Shown one piece after another: positions 55,566 through 64,000 of a stretch of DNA of 64,000 nucleotides. Numbering within the stretch: the stretch's first letter is position 1; each line of letters opens with the position of its first letter. Source of the DNA: Alphaproteobacteria bacterium. GTDB lineage: Bacteria > Pseudomonadota > Alphaproteobacteria > RF32 > CAG-239. Under the pieces are notes generated by a model. That model was not told the origin of the DNA and searched no databases. It saw only the letters and a program-made list of their open reading frames with translations. The position numbers and the translations under genes are program-made. The DNA lies in NCBI GenBank assembly GCA_045602545.1, contig JAZSBR010000017.1, positions 2,675-66,674 on the forward strand, read 5' to 3'.

Positions 55566-58500
55566 CTAAAAATGATAATTTAAGCTCAAGCCGGTATCCG
55601 TGCGATATTCGCGGTCAATATTTGTGCGAAGTATCGCCGAAATATCAAGATTTTCTTTGATGTTATAACCGGCACCGAAGCGAAGAACAGTGCGTTTGTC
55701 GCCGTGTTTTTCATCTTTGAGCTTATAATTACCATTCATCTCATTCATGCCGACTTTCAAATCATAAGGGTCGGCAAACTCTTTATAAAAAGACATGCCT
55801 CCGCTGATTTTAAGCACAGAATCTTTGTTCGGCGTAAATTCTTTTTCCAAATTAAAGCCGACGCCGGATTCAACCGAATAATGATTTTGCGAGTCAATAT
55901 TTAGGCTGTATTGTTTTGTATCTTCACGGCCCTTAACATTGAACCCAATCATATTAAATTCGGCATTCGGCACGATTTTTACACCATTAAACTTGAACGG
56001 ATAGCGAGCCTCGTTCATCAAAGCAAAGGTTTTGCGCTCAACCGTTCCGTCATAGTTTTCACCGTTCAAACCTTCACGCTCGTATGAACCGCGGGCATAG
56101 CCGAGTTTAGGCGAGGTGATAAGCTCAAAACCATGTGTTTTGTGTGAAACAGGCATGCTGAGCATGATGTTTTTATCCAGTTTGTTGGAATTCTTGCTCT
56201 TGTTGTCTGCTCTGACATCTGCAACAGCCAAGCCGACGGCAACCGACGTTTTTCCGTCACTGTATCCGTTTAAGGCATAGTGACTGCTTGAGCCGAATTT
56301 TTGCCCCTTTACGATTTCAACACCGTCAGCCAAAGAAAATGTGCCTTTCTTTTGCTCGGTCAAGTTGTCATTCATGGCAAAATTCATCTCACGCAAAGTG
56401 TTCAAATCTTCAAAGGTTAAATTGCTCATCAGATTATTGCCGAACAAATCATTAAGGTTTTGGTTGAACTGTGCGGAATTTTCGGCTGATTTAAGCGAAT
56501 TAAACAGATTTTCGTTATTTTTCTCGGCATAGTTATTTTCCAAGAAATCAGCCAACGATGAGTTTTCAACCACACTCGCAAAGTCTTTTTTGCTCATGAT
56601 GACATCGGTATTGCCGTTGTCGTTAAGCGCTTTGTCAGCATTGAACAAATATGAACCCGAAGTGATGTTTAAGCCCATATCCTCGCCGACGAACGAATTT
56701 TTGTTGGTGTATTCGTTTTCAAATCCGCCGAGAGTTATATCGGAATCGGCAACAACATTACCGCTGAAAGACAAAGCCTTAAAACTTCCGCCGTTTGCAA
56801 TATTTACGGAACTTGTGTCATCGGTTGAAGCACTGAAATCAAGCGCCGAATTTGTGGTTATGAGACCGCTGTTGATGATTTTTCCGGAGTTGGAAGCCAT
56901 CATCATTGTTGTTTTTGGCGCTGATAAAGCTAATGATGACGGTTTTACTTCAGCTGCTTTTCCGGTTGCAGTAGCGCCATTTTTACCAACTAACCCATTT
57001 GACAAGGACTCTTCTGTCGGCATATATATGTGTGTTGCATTATTATTGGTGTTAGTTGCTGTTGAACCACTACCGCTTGCAAACATACCATAAGACGATG
57101 CATCATTTATGATAATAGTTCCGTTATTAGTTATTCTACCACCGTTTACGGCGTACATACCATAGGAAGCCGAAGCATTCACAATTATGGTTGCACCGCT
57201 TGCATTGGTTGCCGTTGCGCCGGCACCATCTGCCGTCATGCCTGATGAACCTGCTGCACCTGCTAAAACGTTAATTGTTCCTTTATTTATAGCACTAGAT
57301 CCATTTCGGGCATACATACCGGATGAGCCGGTTGAGCTTACATTTATGACTCCGGCGCCGTTTCCGTCACCGTTTGTAACAGTGGCTCCCTCATCGGCAA
57401 CCATACCGTTTGATGCAGAAAAGGCAACGTTGATTGTTCCTTTATTGGTTGCGGTTGCCTGCGTTGTTGTATCACCATTATGGGCATATATACCAATTAC
57501 ATTGGTTGCCGAACTGCTTGAAGACGAACTCTCAGGAGCAATATCTATTGTACCTTCATTTACAACATTTCCACCATTATATGAGCGCATACCAAAAGTG
57601 TTGCTTCCGGTCAACTTTATGCTTGCACTGTTTGCATTTGTTGCAGACGAACCGCTGCCTTGGGCATAAATACCGAATGAATCGGAGCCGGAGACAATAA
57701 TTGTTCCGGAAGTGTTTGTCGCTGTGCCTCCGTCTTTGGCGCCAAGGCCGCGAGCTTTTTCTCCGCTTACACGAATGGTACCCAAATTACGAACTGATGA
57801 ACTTTGGTTATTGTTTGATATCATGCCGTAAGCACCATTTGCTGAGGCATTGATTTCACCTGACGCAAGATTTTCGGCAATGGTGGAAATGCCATTACTG
57901 CTGTTAGATATTATACCATAAGAGTTTATGTCATAAATATTGATAATGGCACTGTTTTCGGCTTTTGCTCCGTCTTCTATGACAATGCCTGCTGATCTGT
58001 ATTTATCGGAACCTTCCGAGCCGACATTTATAACACCATTTGCACCATTGACTGCCTTTGCTCCCAGACCTGTTGCATAAATGGCTTGCGAGCCGTCTTG
58101 TTCATCGTTATTTGCGCCAGATGCGTTCATTGTACCGTTGTTGGTAACGTTAATTTTATTGCCGGATGATGTGCTGTTTGCATATATGCCGGCACTCTCT
58201 GTTTGAGTAGAATTTATAACCCCTCCTTCGGCATTTGTGATGTTTGTAGTTCCGGCTTGAAGTTGATCTGTATGAATACCGCTTGTTTTATAGCCGGAAG
58301 CATTGATTGTTCCAGAGTTTGTTACAGTTGCACCACTGTTGGTATAAATACCGATAGCGCCGTGATTATCTGTTGTACCTGCTCCGCTTGCACTGATAGT
58401 GCCGGTATTATTAACTATTGCGCCATTTTCGGCGAAAATACCGACAGAGCCGTTTTGCCCCGCTGTTGCACCGGTGGAAGCCAGAATTGTGCCTTTGTTT

Positions 58501-61500
58501 TCAGCTTTTGCCGAACCGACAGCATGCATACCGCTGGCTGAAGAATTTTGAACATCGATTACACCGGTTGAACTTCCGCTACCGGAACCGTTTGTAATGG
58601 TAGCTCCGTTTGAGGCAAACATACCGTTTGCATTTTCACCGCTGACGCTGATATTTTTGGCATTGGTGGCGTTGGCAGACGAACCGGTAATTGAAATACC
58701 GATGGCATCTTTATGTTGAATACCTAAATTTGCATTGTTTACGGTTGTTGAGCCGGAAAGCCCTTTGAAAAGGACTTGTCCGTCTTTGCCGGTTGCAAAA
58801 TCGGAGTTAATCGTAAGCGTTCCGCCGTTAACGGTGTGGGCAAAAGTAGATGTTCCTGTTGTGGTTGCGCCTCCGCTGAAGTCCATTATTACGTTTCCGC
58901 CGATTTCGTAATAGATAAAGTCTTCAGGAATATCATCGCCGACATCCAAAAGCTCGGTTAAAGTCATATCCTTATCAATGCGCATACCGATTGTGTCTTT
59001 TTTGCCCTCCGTAACCTTAACTGTTCCGTATTCGGCGATTACAGATGTTGAATCTTTGCCGATATAAAAGGCAACAGCCTCATCATCGCTTAACAAAATG
59101 GTGTTGTAGTTATAAATTTTTCCGGAACCGTTTGAAATTATGGCATAACTGTTCTTTTTCTTTACTTCAATCACACCATAGTTCTTGATATCCGCTGTTG
59201 AGTCTTTGGCAGTGAACATGCCGACACTTTCTTCATTATTGACAACGATTTTACCGTTTTCAGTGTTGATGATTGCAACGCTATCTGCTGCTGAGGCACT
59301 TATCATACCGGCAGATTTTTTGGTATTGATATTTATGGTGCCGTTGTTCACGGTTGAAGAGCCGTTAACGGTTGAAGATGTGGCATAGATACCGACAGAT
59401 TGTACGGTTGTACCGTCACCGCGATCATTAAGGTTAATCGTGTTGTTGTTTCTTACTTCTCCCAAAGCACTGTTATTGGCAATTGCAGCCGTGTAAGATG
59501 AGCCTGTAAGAGAAACAATACCGTTATTGATTACCTTGTAGGTGGTTGAAGCAGACGTTCCGCCGGAAGCTTGATTTAGGCTATTGCTTCCATCTGTATT
59601 TACAACAGCATCTTGTATATTGAAAGCTAAAGTATCAGGAAATTCGGATGTTGATGCCGAGCTTGAACCTGAACCTGAACCTGAGCCAGAACCGGAACCG
59701 GAACTCGGATTAGTATTAGGAGTTGTTTTGTAATCTACTGTTCCGTTATTGATTATGTTACTGTATTTTCCGGCAAACGGGTGTGAACCTGTGGCACTTT
59801 TTTCAATTGTTATAGTACCTGTATTTGTAATTGTTGTTGCGCCGGAATAATCATTTTTTATACCGGTGGAATTATTTGAATAAATATGAATATTGCCGAC
59901 ATTGGTCATATCTGTTCTTATTTCACCGATACCATACATGCCGACATTATTGGTATAATCAGTATCGCCTTCGGCACCTAATATAATAGTGTTATTATTC
60001 TTTAATGTTCCGCCTTGATAAGCTGCCATACCATACGCATTGCTGATAGCAAGAGTAATTTTTCCGTTATTGGTAACAACCGGAGAGATATTGCCCAAGC
60101 CTGATACCGTGCCGTTACCTTTAACCGCAACCATGCCGTATGTAACACGGCTGTCTGTTGCACCTGAAGTTAAATTGATTTCTCCGGTTGCCGAATTGGT
60201 AATAGTACCGCCGTGTACTGATTGCATGCCGGCGGCAACGGATTGAGAACCGGTATCCGTTGTTGACATATTTATGTTAATTTTACCATTGTTGACGGCC
60301 ACGGTGTTGGCGTCGGATTTTATGCCGACAATACCACCGGTTCCGTTTTGTATGTAATCATATTCGGCAGCATATTTCCCAAAATAAGAAAGATTTATGG
60401 TGTTCTCATTGGTTATTTCGGCTTTTTCACCGCGCTTGATGTTTTTACTGCCGTTTAAAAAACCATTATCAAGATAAGAACCCATGCCGATAAGGCTGAC
60501 CTCAACACTATCAACCGGAGTAATGCTTGAATGCTGACCGGCAACCAAGTCTATAGTACCTGAATTTATAGCTTTTGAAACAATGGAAGATGAATCGGTG
60601 TTGGCATTTATTATCATCAACTCCATACCGACCATGGAACCCTTTGTTGCTGAAGCAGTACCGCTTTCTTCCGAGGTAAGCGAGGCAGTTCCGTCAATTA
60701 AACCATTATTGACAATACTTGAGCCGGCATCGCCATACATACCGATTATGGCGTTAGTTTTTTCATAACCTTTAAAGGTTAAGTGTATGCCGTTTGCCTC
60801 TGTTCCGTTATTATAAGCGCTTGAATGATCGCCTGCAAGCATACCGATTGCGGCATTATTACCCGAAACGTTTACGGCACCGCTGTTGGCGGCTGAACTG
60901 CCGTCATATGCCGACATAGCCACAACTCCGCTTGAAGCATTTAAATCCGTGTTTTTGTTGTTGGTATATGTTCCGCCATTGGTGGCTTTTAAGATGACAT
61001 TCAAGTCTTTAGAGTTGTTTGTAACATCTTCATTGAAATTAACCGTTTTTACGGATTCTTTATCATTGCTCATGGTTAAAACGGAAGAATTTGTTTTTGT
61101 TTCTCCGCTTCCGGCAGTGCGCATTACCGAACCATTCTGTGCCAAGAACTTGCCGGCGCTGTCAATTTTTTCTTTTGACGGACCGGAAGAGCCTTTCCCT
61201 CCGCCACCACCTCCGCCCAAGGCAAGAGCAATACCACCGCCGACGAGTGCGGCGCCTGCTGCCCACCAAACCCAAGGGGCAACTTTATATTCTTCTTTGC
61301 CCATCATGCCATATGCGGCGCGAGATGTACCCGATATCGGAGCAGTGCCGGCAGAGTTAACAAAATCCTCATATCCGTAAATCGTTTGTGTGCAAGGGTG
61401 ACGCGGGTTCGCACCGGCAGCGCGAAAGGCGTTATATGTATAAGTATCTCTTCTTCTGGCGGCAATGCAAAGACCGGTATCGCCGTTTTGATTCATAACA

Positions 61501-61691
61501 TCAATGTTCATACCGCGACGCACTGAACCGCGTAAGGCTTCAACCTGACCGTTTTGCGCCAGATAATACATCTGCGAAAACGAAATAGGAACAAGCATCT
61601 GACTTTGTGCTTTTTTGGGCGCCAAAGTTGCGGCAAAAGCTCCCATAACTGTTAAACTTACGGCTCTTGTAAACAAATTATTCTTAAACAT
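55566..61691 (-). CDS. giant autotransporter (type Va) adhesin-like protein
   Basis: 2041 aa. The long G/S/T/N/A-rich passenger has degenerate repeats of about 20 aa (..GxxNxGTIxxxGxxxxGM..). The C-terminal ~280 aa has alternating beta-barrel character and ends ..GLSLNYHF. Confidence 0.85.
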   Translation of the reverse strand: MFKNNLFTRAVSLTVMGAFAATLAPKKAQSQMLVPISFSQMYYLAQNGQVEALRGSVRRGMNIDVMNQNGDTGLCIAARRRDTYTYNAFRAAGANPRHPCTQTIYGYEDFVNSAGTAPISGTSRAAYGMMGKEEYKVAPWVWWAAGAALVGGGIALALGGGGGGGKGSSGPSKEKIDSAGKFLAQNGSVMRTAGSGETKTNSSVLTMSNDKESVKTVNFNEDVTNNSKDLNVILKATNGGTYTNNKNTDLNASSGVVAMSAYDGSSAANSGAVNVSGNNAAIGMLAGDHSSAYNNGTEANGIHLTFKGYEKTNAIIGMYGDAGSSIVNNGLIDGTASLTSEESGTASATKGSMVGMELMIINANTDSSSIVSKAINSGTIDLVAGQHSSITPVDSVEVSLIGMGSYLDNGFLNGSKNIKRGEKAEITNENTINLSYFGKYAAEYDYIQNGTGGIVGIKSDANTVAVNNGKININMSTTDTGSQSVAAGMQSVHGGTITNSATGEINLTSGATDSRVTYGMVAVKGNGTVSGLGNISPVVTNNGKITLAISNAYGMAAYQGGTLKNNNTIILGAEGDTDYTNNVGMYGIGEIRTDMTNVGNIHIYSNNSTGIKNDYSGATTITNTGTITIEKSATGSHPFAGKYSNIINNGTVDYKTTPNTNPSSGSGSGSGSGSGSSSASTSEFPDTLAFNIQDAVVNTDGSNSLNQASGGTSASTTYKVINNGIVSLTGSSYTAAIANNSALGEVRNNNTINLNDRGDGTTVQSVGIYATSSTVNGSSTVNNGTININTKKSAGMISASAADSVAIINTENGKIVVNNEESVGMFTAKDSTADIKNYGVIEVKKKNSYAIISNGSGKIYNYNTILLSDDEAVAFYIGKDSTSVIAEYGTVKVTEGKKDTIGMRIDKDMTLTELLDVGDDIPEDFIYYEIGGNVIMDFSGGATTTGTSTFAHTVNGGTLTINSDFATGKDGQVLFKGLSGSTTVNNANLGIQHKDAIGISITGSSANATNAKNISVSGENANGMFASNGATITNGSGSGSSTGVIDVQNSSASGMHAVGSAKAENKGTILASTGATAGQNGSVGIFAENGAIVNNTGTISASGAGTTDNHGAIGIYTNSGATVTNSGTINASGYKTSGIHTDQLQAGTTNITNAEGGVINSTQTESAGIYANSTSSGNKINVTNNGTMNASGANNDEQDGSQAIYATGLGAKAVNGANGVINVGSEGSDKYRSAGIVIEDGAKAENSAIINIYDINSYGIISNSSNGISTIAENLASGEINASANGAYGMISNNNQSSSVRNLGTIRVSGEKARGLGAKDGGTATNTSGTIIVSGSDSFGIYAQGSGSSATNANSASIKLTGSNTFGMRSYNGGNVVNEGTIDIAPESSSSSSSATNVIGIYAHNGDTTTQATATNKGTINVAFSASNGMVADEGATVTNGDGNGAGVINVSSTGSSGMYARNGSSAINKGTINVLAGAAGSSGMTADGAGATATNASGATIIVNASASYGMYAVNGGRITNNGTIIINDASSYGMFASGSGSTATNTNNNATHIYMPTEESLSNGLVGKNGATATGKAAEVKPSSLALSAPKTTMMMASNSGKIINSGLITTNSALDFSASTDDTSSVNIANGGSFKALSFSGNVVADSDITLGGFENEYTNKNSFVGEDMGLNITSGSYLFNADKALNDNGNTDVIMSKKDFASVVENSSLADFLENNYAEKNNENLFNSLKSAENSAQFNQNLNDLFGNNLMSNLTFEDLNTLREMNFAMNDNLTEQKKGTFSLADGVEIVKGQKFGSSSHYALNGYSDGKTSVAVGLAVADVRADNKSKNSNKLDKNIMLSMPVSHKTHGFELITSPKLGYARGSYEREGLNGENYDGTVERKTFALMNEARYPFKFNGVKIVPNAEFNMIGFNVKGREDTKQYSLNIDSQNHYSVESGVGFNLEKEFTPNKDSVLKISGGMSFYKEFADPYDLKVGMNEMNGNYKLKDEKHGDKRTVLRFGAGYNIKENLDISAILRTNIDREYRTDTGLSLNYHF

Positions 61692-61822
61692 TTCAAACCC
61701 TTTCCGGACACAAATATTGTTGCCAGTCTATACCATAATTTTTAAGGTTTGGTTAAAAAATACTTCAAAAATTGCTTTACTTTTATGTTTAAAGCTTTAT
61801 TTTAAGGCTTAAAGGAAAAAAT

Positions 61823-62542
61823 ATGATAACACAGTTTAATCGTGAAGAAATTCTGCTCGGAACAGAAGCTATGAATATTTTGAAAAATTCGCGCGTGGCG
61901 ATTTTCGGCGTTGGCGGAGTCGGCGGATATGTGGCGGAAGCGTTGGTGCGAGCCGGTATCGGAGAACTGGACTTTACAGATAATGATGTCGTCAGTCTTA
62001 CCAACTTAAATCGTCAGATTATCGCTTTGCATTCAACTTTAGGTAAAGCAAAGGTTGAAGTGATGAAAGAACGGGCAATAGATATAAACCCTGAAGTTAA
62101 AATAATTACGCATAATTGCTTTTATCTTCCCGAAAATGCAGGGCAGTTTGATTTTAAGCAATATGATTATGTTGTTGACGCTGTTGATACCGTAAGCGCA
62201 AAAATTGCTTTGACGGAACAAGCACATAGAGCCGGCACGCCGATTATCTCGGCAATGGGTGCCGGCAACAAGCTTAATCCGGCGGAATTTGAAATCACCG
62301 ATATTTCAAAAACAACGGTTTGTCCGCTGGCAAAAGTGATGCGTAAAGAACTCAAAAAGCGCGGAATAAGTCATCTGAAAGTTGTTTATTCCAAGGAAAC
62401 TCCGCTTAAACCTTTGGCAACCGATGAACAAAGCAACAAGCGCCAGACAGCCGGAAGTGTTTCTTTTGTGCCGCCGGTGGTCGGACTTTTGATGGCGTCG
62501 GAAGTTATTAAAGATTTGCTTAAAAACAGGGGCGCTTTATAG
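61823..62542 (+). CDS. tcdA: tRNA threonylcarbamoyladenosine dehydratase (ThiF/E1-like)
   Basis: RVAIFGVGGVGGYVAEALVRAGIGELDFTDNDVVSLTNLNRQ. Confidence 0.8.
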   Translation: MITQFNREEILLGTEAMNILKNSRVAIFGVGGVGGYVAEALVRAGIGELDFTDNDVVSLTNLNRQIIALHSTLGKAKVEVMKERAIDINPEVKIITHNCFYLPENAGQFDFKQYDYVVDAVDTVSAKIALTEQAHRAGTPIISAMGAGNKLNPAEFEITDISKTTVCPLAKVMRKELKKRGISHLKVVYSKETPLKPLATDEQSNKRQTAGSVSFVPPVVGLLMASEVIKDLLKNRGAL

Positions 62543-63088
62543 ATGAATAAAATTTCCCTTAGTGAATTGTTTGCGATTTTTTTCAAAATGGGACTTTTTA
62601 CCTTCGGCGGCGGTTATGCCATGCTGCCGATTTTGAAAACAGAAGTCGTTGATAAGAAAAAATGGATAACGGAAGAAGAACTCTTGAACTATTATTCCAT
62701 CGGGCAATGCACGCCGGGAATTATTGCCGTTAATGCCGCTTCATTTATCGGCTATAAGTTGCGCGGAATTTCAGGAATGCTCAGCACAACATTGGCGGTT
62801 ATTTCGCCCTCGCTTATAATCATAATTTTGGTGGCGGCATTGCTGAGGCAATATATGGACAATCAATATCTGCAATGGGCATTCGGCGGAATCCGCGTCA
62901 GCGTTGTGGCGCTGATTATTATGACAGTTGCGGATTTGTGGCGCAAAGGCGTGAAAAACAAGCGCGATTATCTGGTGTTTTTTATAGCATCAGGACTGCT
63001 GTGGTTTTTCAATTTATCGGCAGTGGCGGTGGTTATTTTGGCAGCCGGCGGAGCATTTGTTCCTAATCTTAAAAGGAGCAAAAAATGA
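62543..63088 (+). CDS. chromate-transporter (CHR) family protein, half-size, first of pair
   Basis: FFKMGLFTFGGGYAMLPIL CHR signature. ATG abuts the upstream stop. Confidence 0.75.
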   Translation: MNKISLSELFAIFFKMGLFTFGGGYAMLPILKTEVVDKKKWITEEELLNYYSIGQCTPGIIAVNAASFIGYKLRGISGMLSTTLAVISPSLIIIILVAALLRQYMDNQYLQWAFGGIRVSVVALIIMTVADLWRKGVKNKRDYLVFFIASGLLWFFNLSAVAVVILAAGGAFVPNLKRSKK

Positions 63089-63603
63089 TATACTTTTTGC
63101 TCTTTATTGAATTTTTCAAAATCGGACTTTTTGCGGTTGGCGGAGGTTTGGTAACCATTCCGTTTTTGTTTGATTTATCTTCCGAATATCACTGGTTCAC
63201 AACTTCCGAATTGACCGATATGATAGCGATTTCACAATCCACTCCGGGGCCGATAGGCGTTAATATGGCAACTTATGCCGGATTTAAGACTGCTGGTATC
63301 AGTGGGGCGATATTGGCGACGTTAAGCCTGATTTTGCCGGCGCTTATCGTGGTTTATTTCGTGCAAAAAGCCTTGGATAAGTGGAAAAACAGTCCTTATG
63401 TTGCAAATGTTTTAAAAGGCATTCGTCCGGCAGTGATGGCGCTGATTTTGTTTGCCGGGTTGGATGTGGCAAAAACGGCAATTTTTGATTATAAAACCGC
63501 AGGACTGTTGGCATTTTTATTGGTTTGTATGAGTTTTTATCGCAAAAATGTTTTTATTTATATTGTGATTTCCGCGGTTATCGGCATTGTGCTGAAAATA
63601 TAA
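63085..63603 (+). CDS. chromate-transporter (CHR) family protein, half-size, second of pair
   Basis: FFKIGLFAVGGGLVTIPFL. Overlaps the first half by 4 nt. Confidence 0.75.
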   Translation: MIYFLLFIEFFKIGLFAVGGGLVTIPFLFDLSSEYHWFTTSELTDMIAISQSTPGPIGVNMATYAGFKTAGISGAILATLSLILPALIVVYFVQKALDKWKNSPYVANVLKGIRPAVMALILFAGLDVAKTAIFDYKTAGLLAFLLVCMSFYRKNVFIYIVISAVIGIVLKI

Positions 63604-63606
63604 AAA

Positions 63607-63639
63607 AAGCCCAGAGAACCGATTTGGTTCAATGGGCTT
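63607..63639 (-). terminator. intrinsic terminator of the 63645-63998 gene
   Basis: aagccca..gaacc-gattt-ggttc..tgggctt. The U-run lies on the minus strand (63601-63608). Confidence 0.6.
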
Positions 63640-63644
63640 GGAAT

Positions 63645-63998
63645 TTACTTGTAACGAGAAAGACTCTTTACAACATCGTTCAGCCAGTCGCTGGCATCGC
63701 GCCCCAAAGTCGGTTCACACTCTATGTCCGTTAAGAACCAAACACCCTTGGGACCTCTTTGCGCAGAAATCAAAACCCAATCGCCGACAGCAACCGAATT
63801 AAGAACTTCCATACGGCTCAGCTCTTTGACCTCAGAATAACTTATCTTAAAAGTTATCTTTTCGCCAAGCTGATAAGCCTGACCGTTTACAGAAGTTTCG
63901 CGCGCACCAACGGTGAGCATTACTAATTGTTTTGTCGGCAGGTTAACCACACGCTCGACAACACCTTTGATTAAGGCCTTTCTTTCTTCGTTGTTCAT
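63645..63998 (-). CDS. hypothetical protein (117 aa)
   Basis: Complete ORF with protein-like composition. No family recognised. Confidence 0.5.
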   Translation of the reverse strand: MNNEERKALIKGVVERVVNLPTKQLVMLTVGARETSVNGQAYQLGEKITFKISYSEVKELSRMEVLNSVAVGDWVLISAQRGPKGVWFLTDIECEPTLGRDASDWLNDVVKSLSRYK

Positions 63999-64000
63999 AG

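Noticed and set aside
61195-61225. Gly7 tract in the autotransporter as a homopolymeric phase-variation site
   Set aside because: The DNA uses mixed codons (ccctccgccaccacctccgcc), not a mononucleotide run, so slippage-based switching is unlikely.

Overview
AT-rich Gram-negative chromosomal segment. Gene content and synteny look alphaproteobacterial: divergent secB and Tim44-like genes followed by mltA and smr, plus leuS-lptE-holA. A flavodiiron protein hints at an anaerobic or host-associated lifestyle; this taxonomic reading is inference, with no database search possible. The backbone is housekeeping: pyk (partial), aspS, rnd, pheA, lgt, a glmU-like gene, pepF, recX, hslO, glyQS, fprA, secB, trmL, pssA, psd, tRNA-Leu(UAA), gyrA, holA, lptE, leuS, gltX, tcdA and a chrA pair. 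I saw no rRNA, CRISPR array, transposase or integrase. The main observation is a dispersed modular gene family of seven loci. Each locus has (a) a near-identical sigma70-type promoter with an exact 17-nt spacer. Each has (b) a 160-195 nt structured 5' leader RNA with an almost invariant 5' end, several helices supported by compensatory changes between copies, and an intrinsic terminator with competing pairings, as in an attenuator or riboswitch. Each has (c) a gene for a secreted protein with a variable passenger (YD-like, CXXC-rich, BspA-type LRR, or pilin-like). In six of the seven, (d) the protein ends in the same ~27-aa tag (R-Y/W-TPAEAA-x2-L-x-DDN-x-N-x-V-T-I-T-F-K-K), which I cannot assign to any sorting signal I know. 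Other accessory features are a duplication junction between fprA and smr carrying two different cargo genes, and a compositionally distinct two-gene islet next to tRNA-Leu (a dsRBD-like/ankyrin giant protein plus an unknown partner). There is also a 2041-aa autotransporter with an odd N-terminus, and a psd whose pyruvoyl-forming Ser appears replaced by Gly. Functional calls come from motif recognition by eye. Coordinates of RNA elements are approximate to a few nt.
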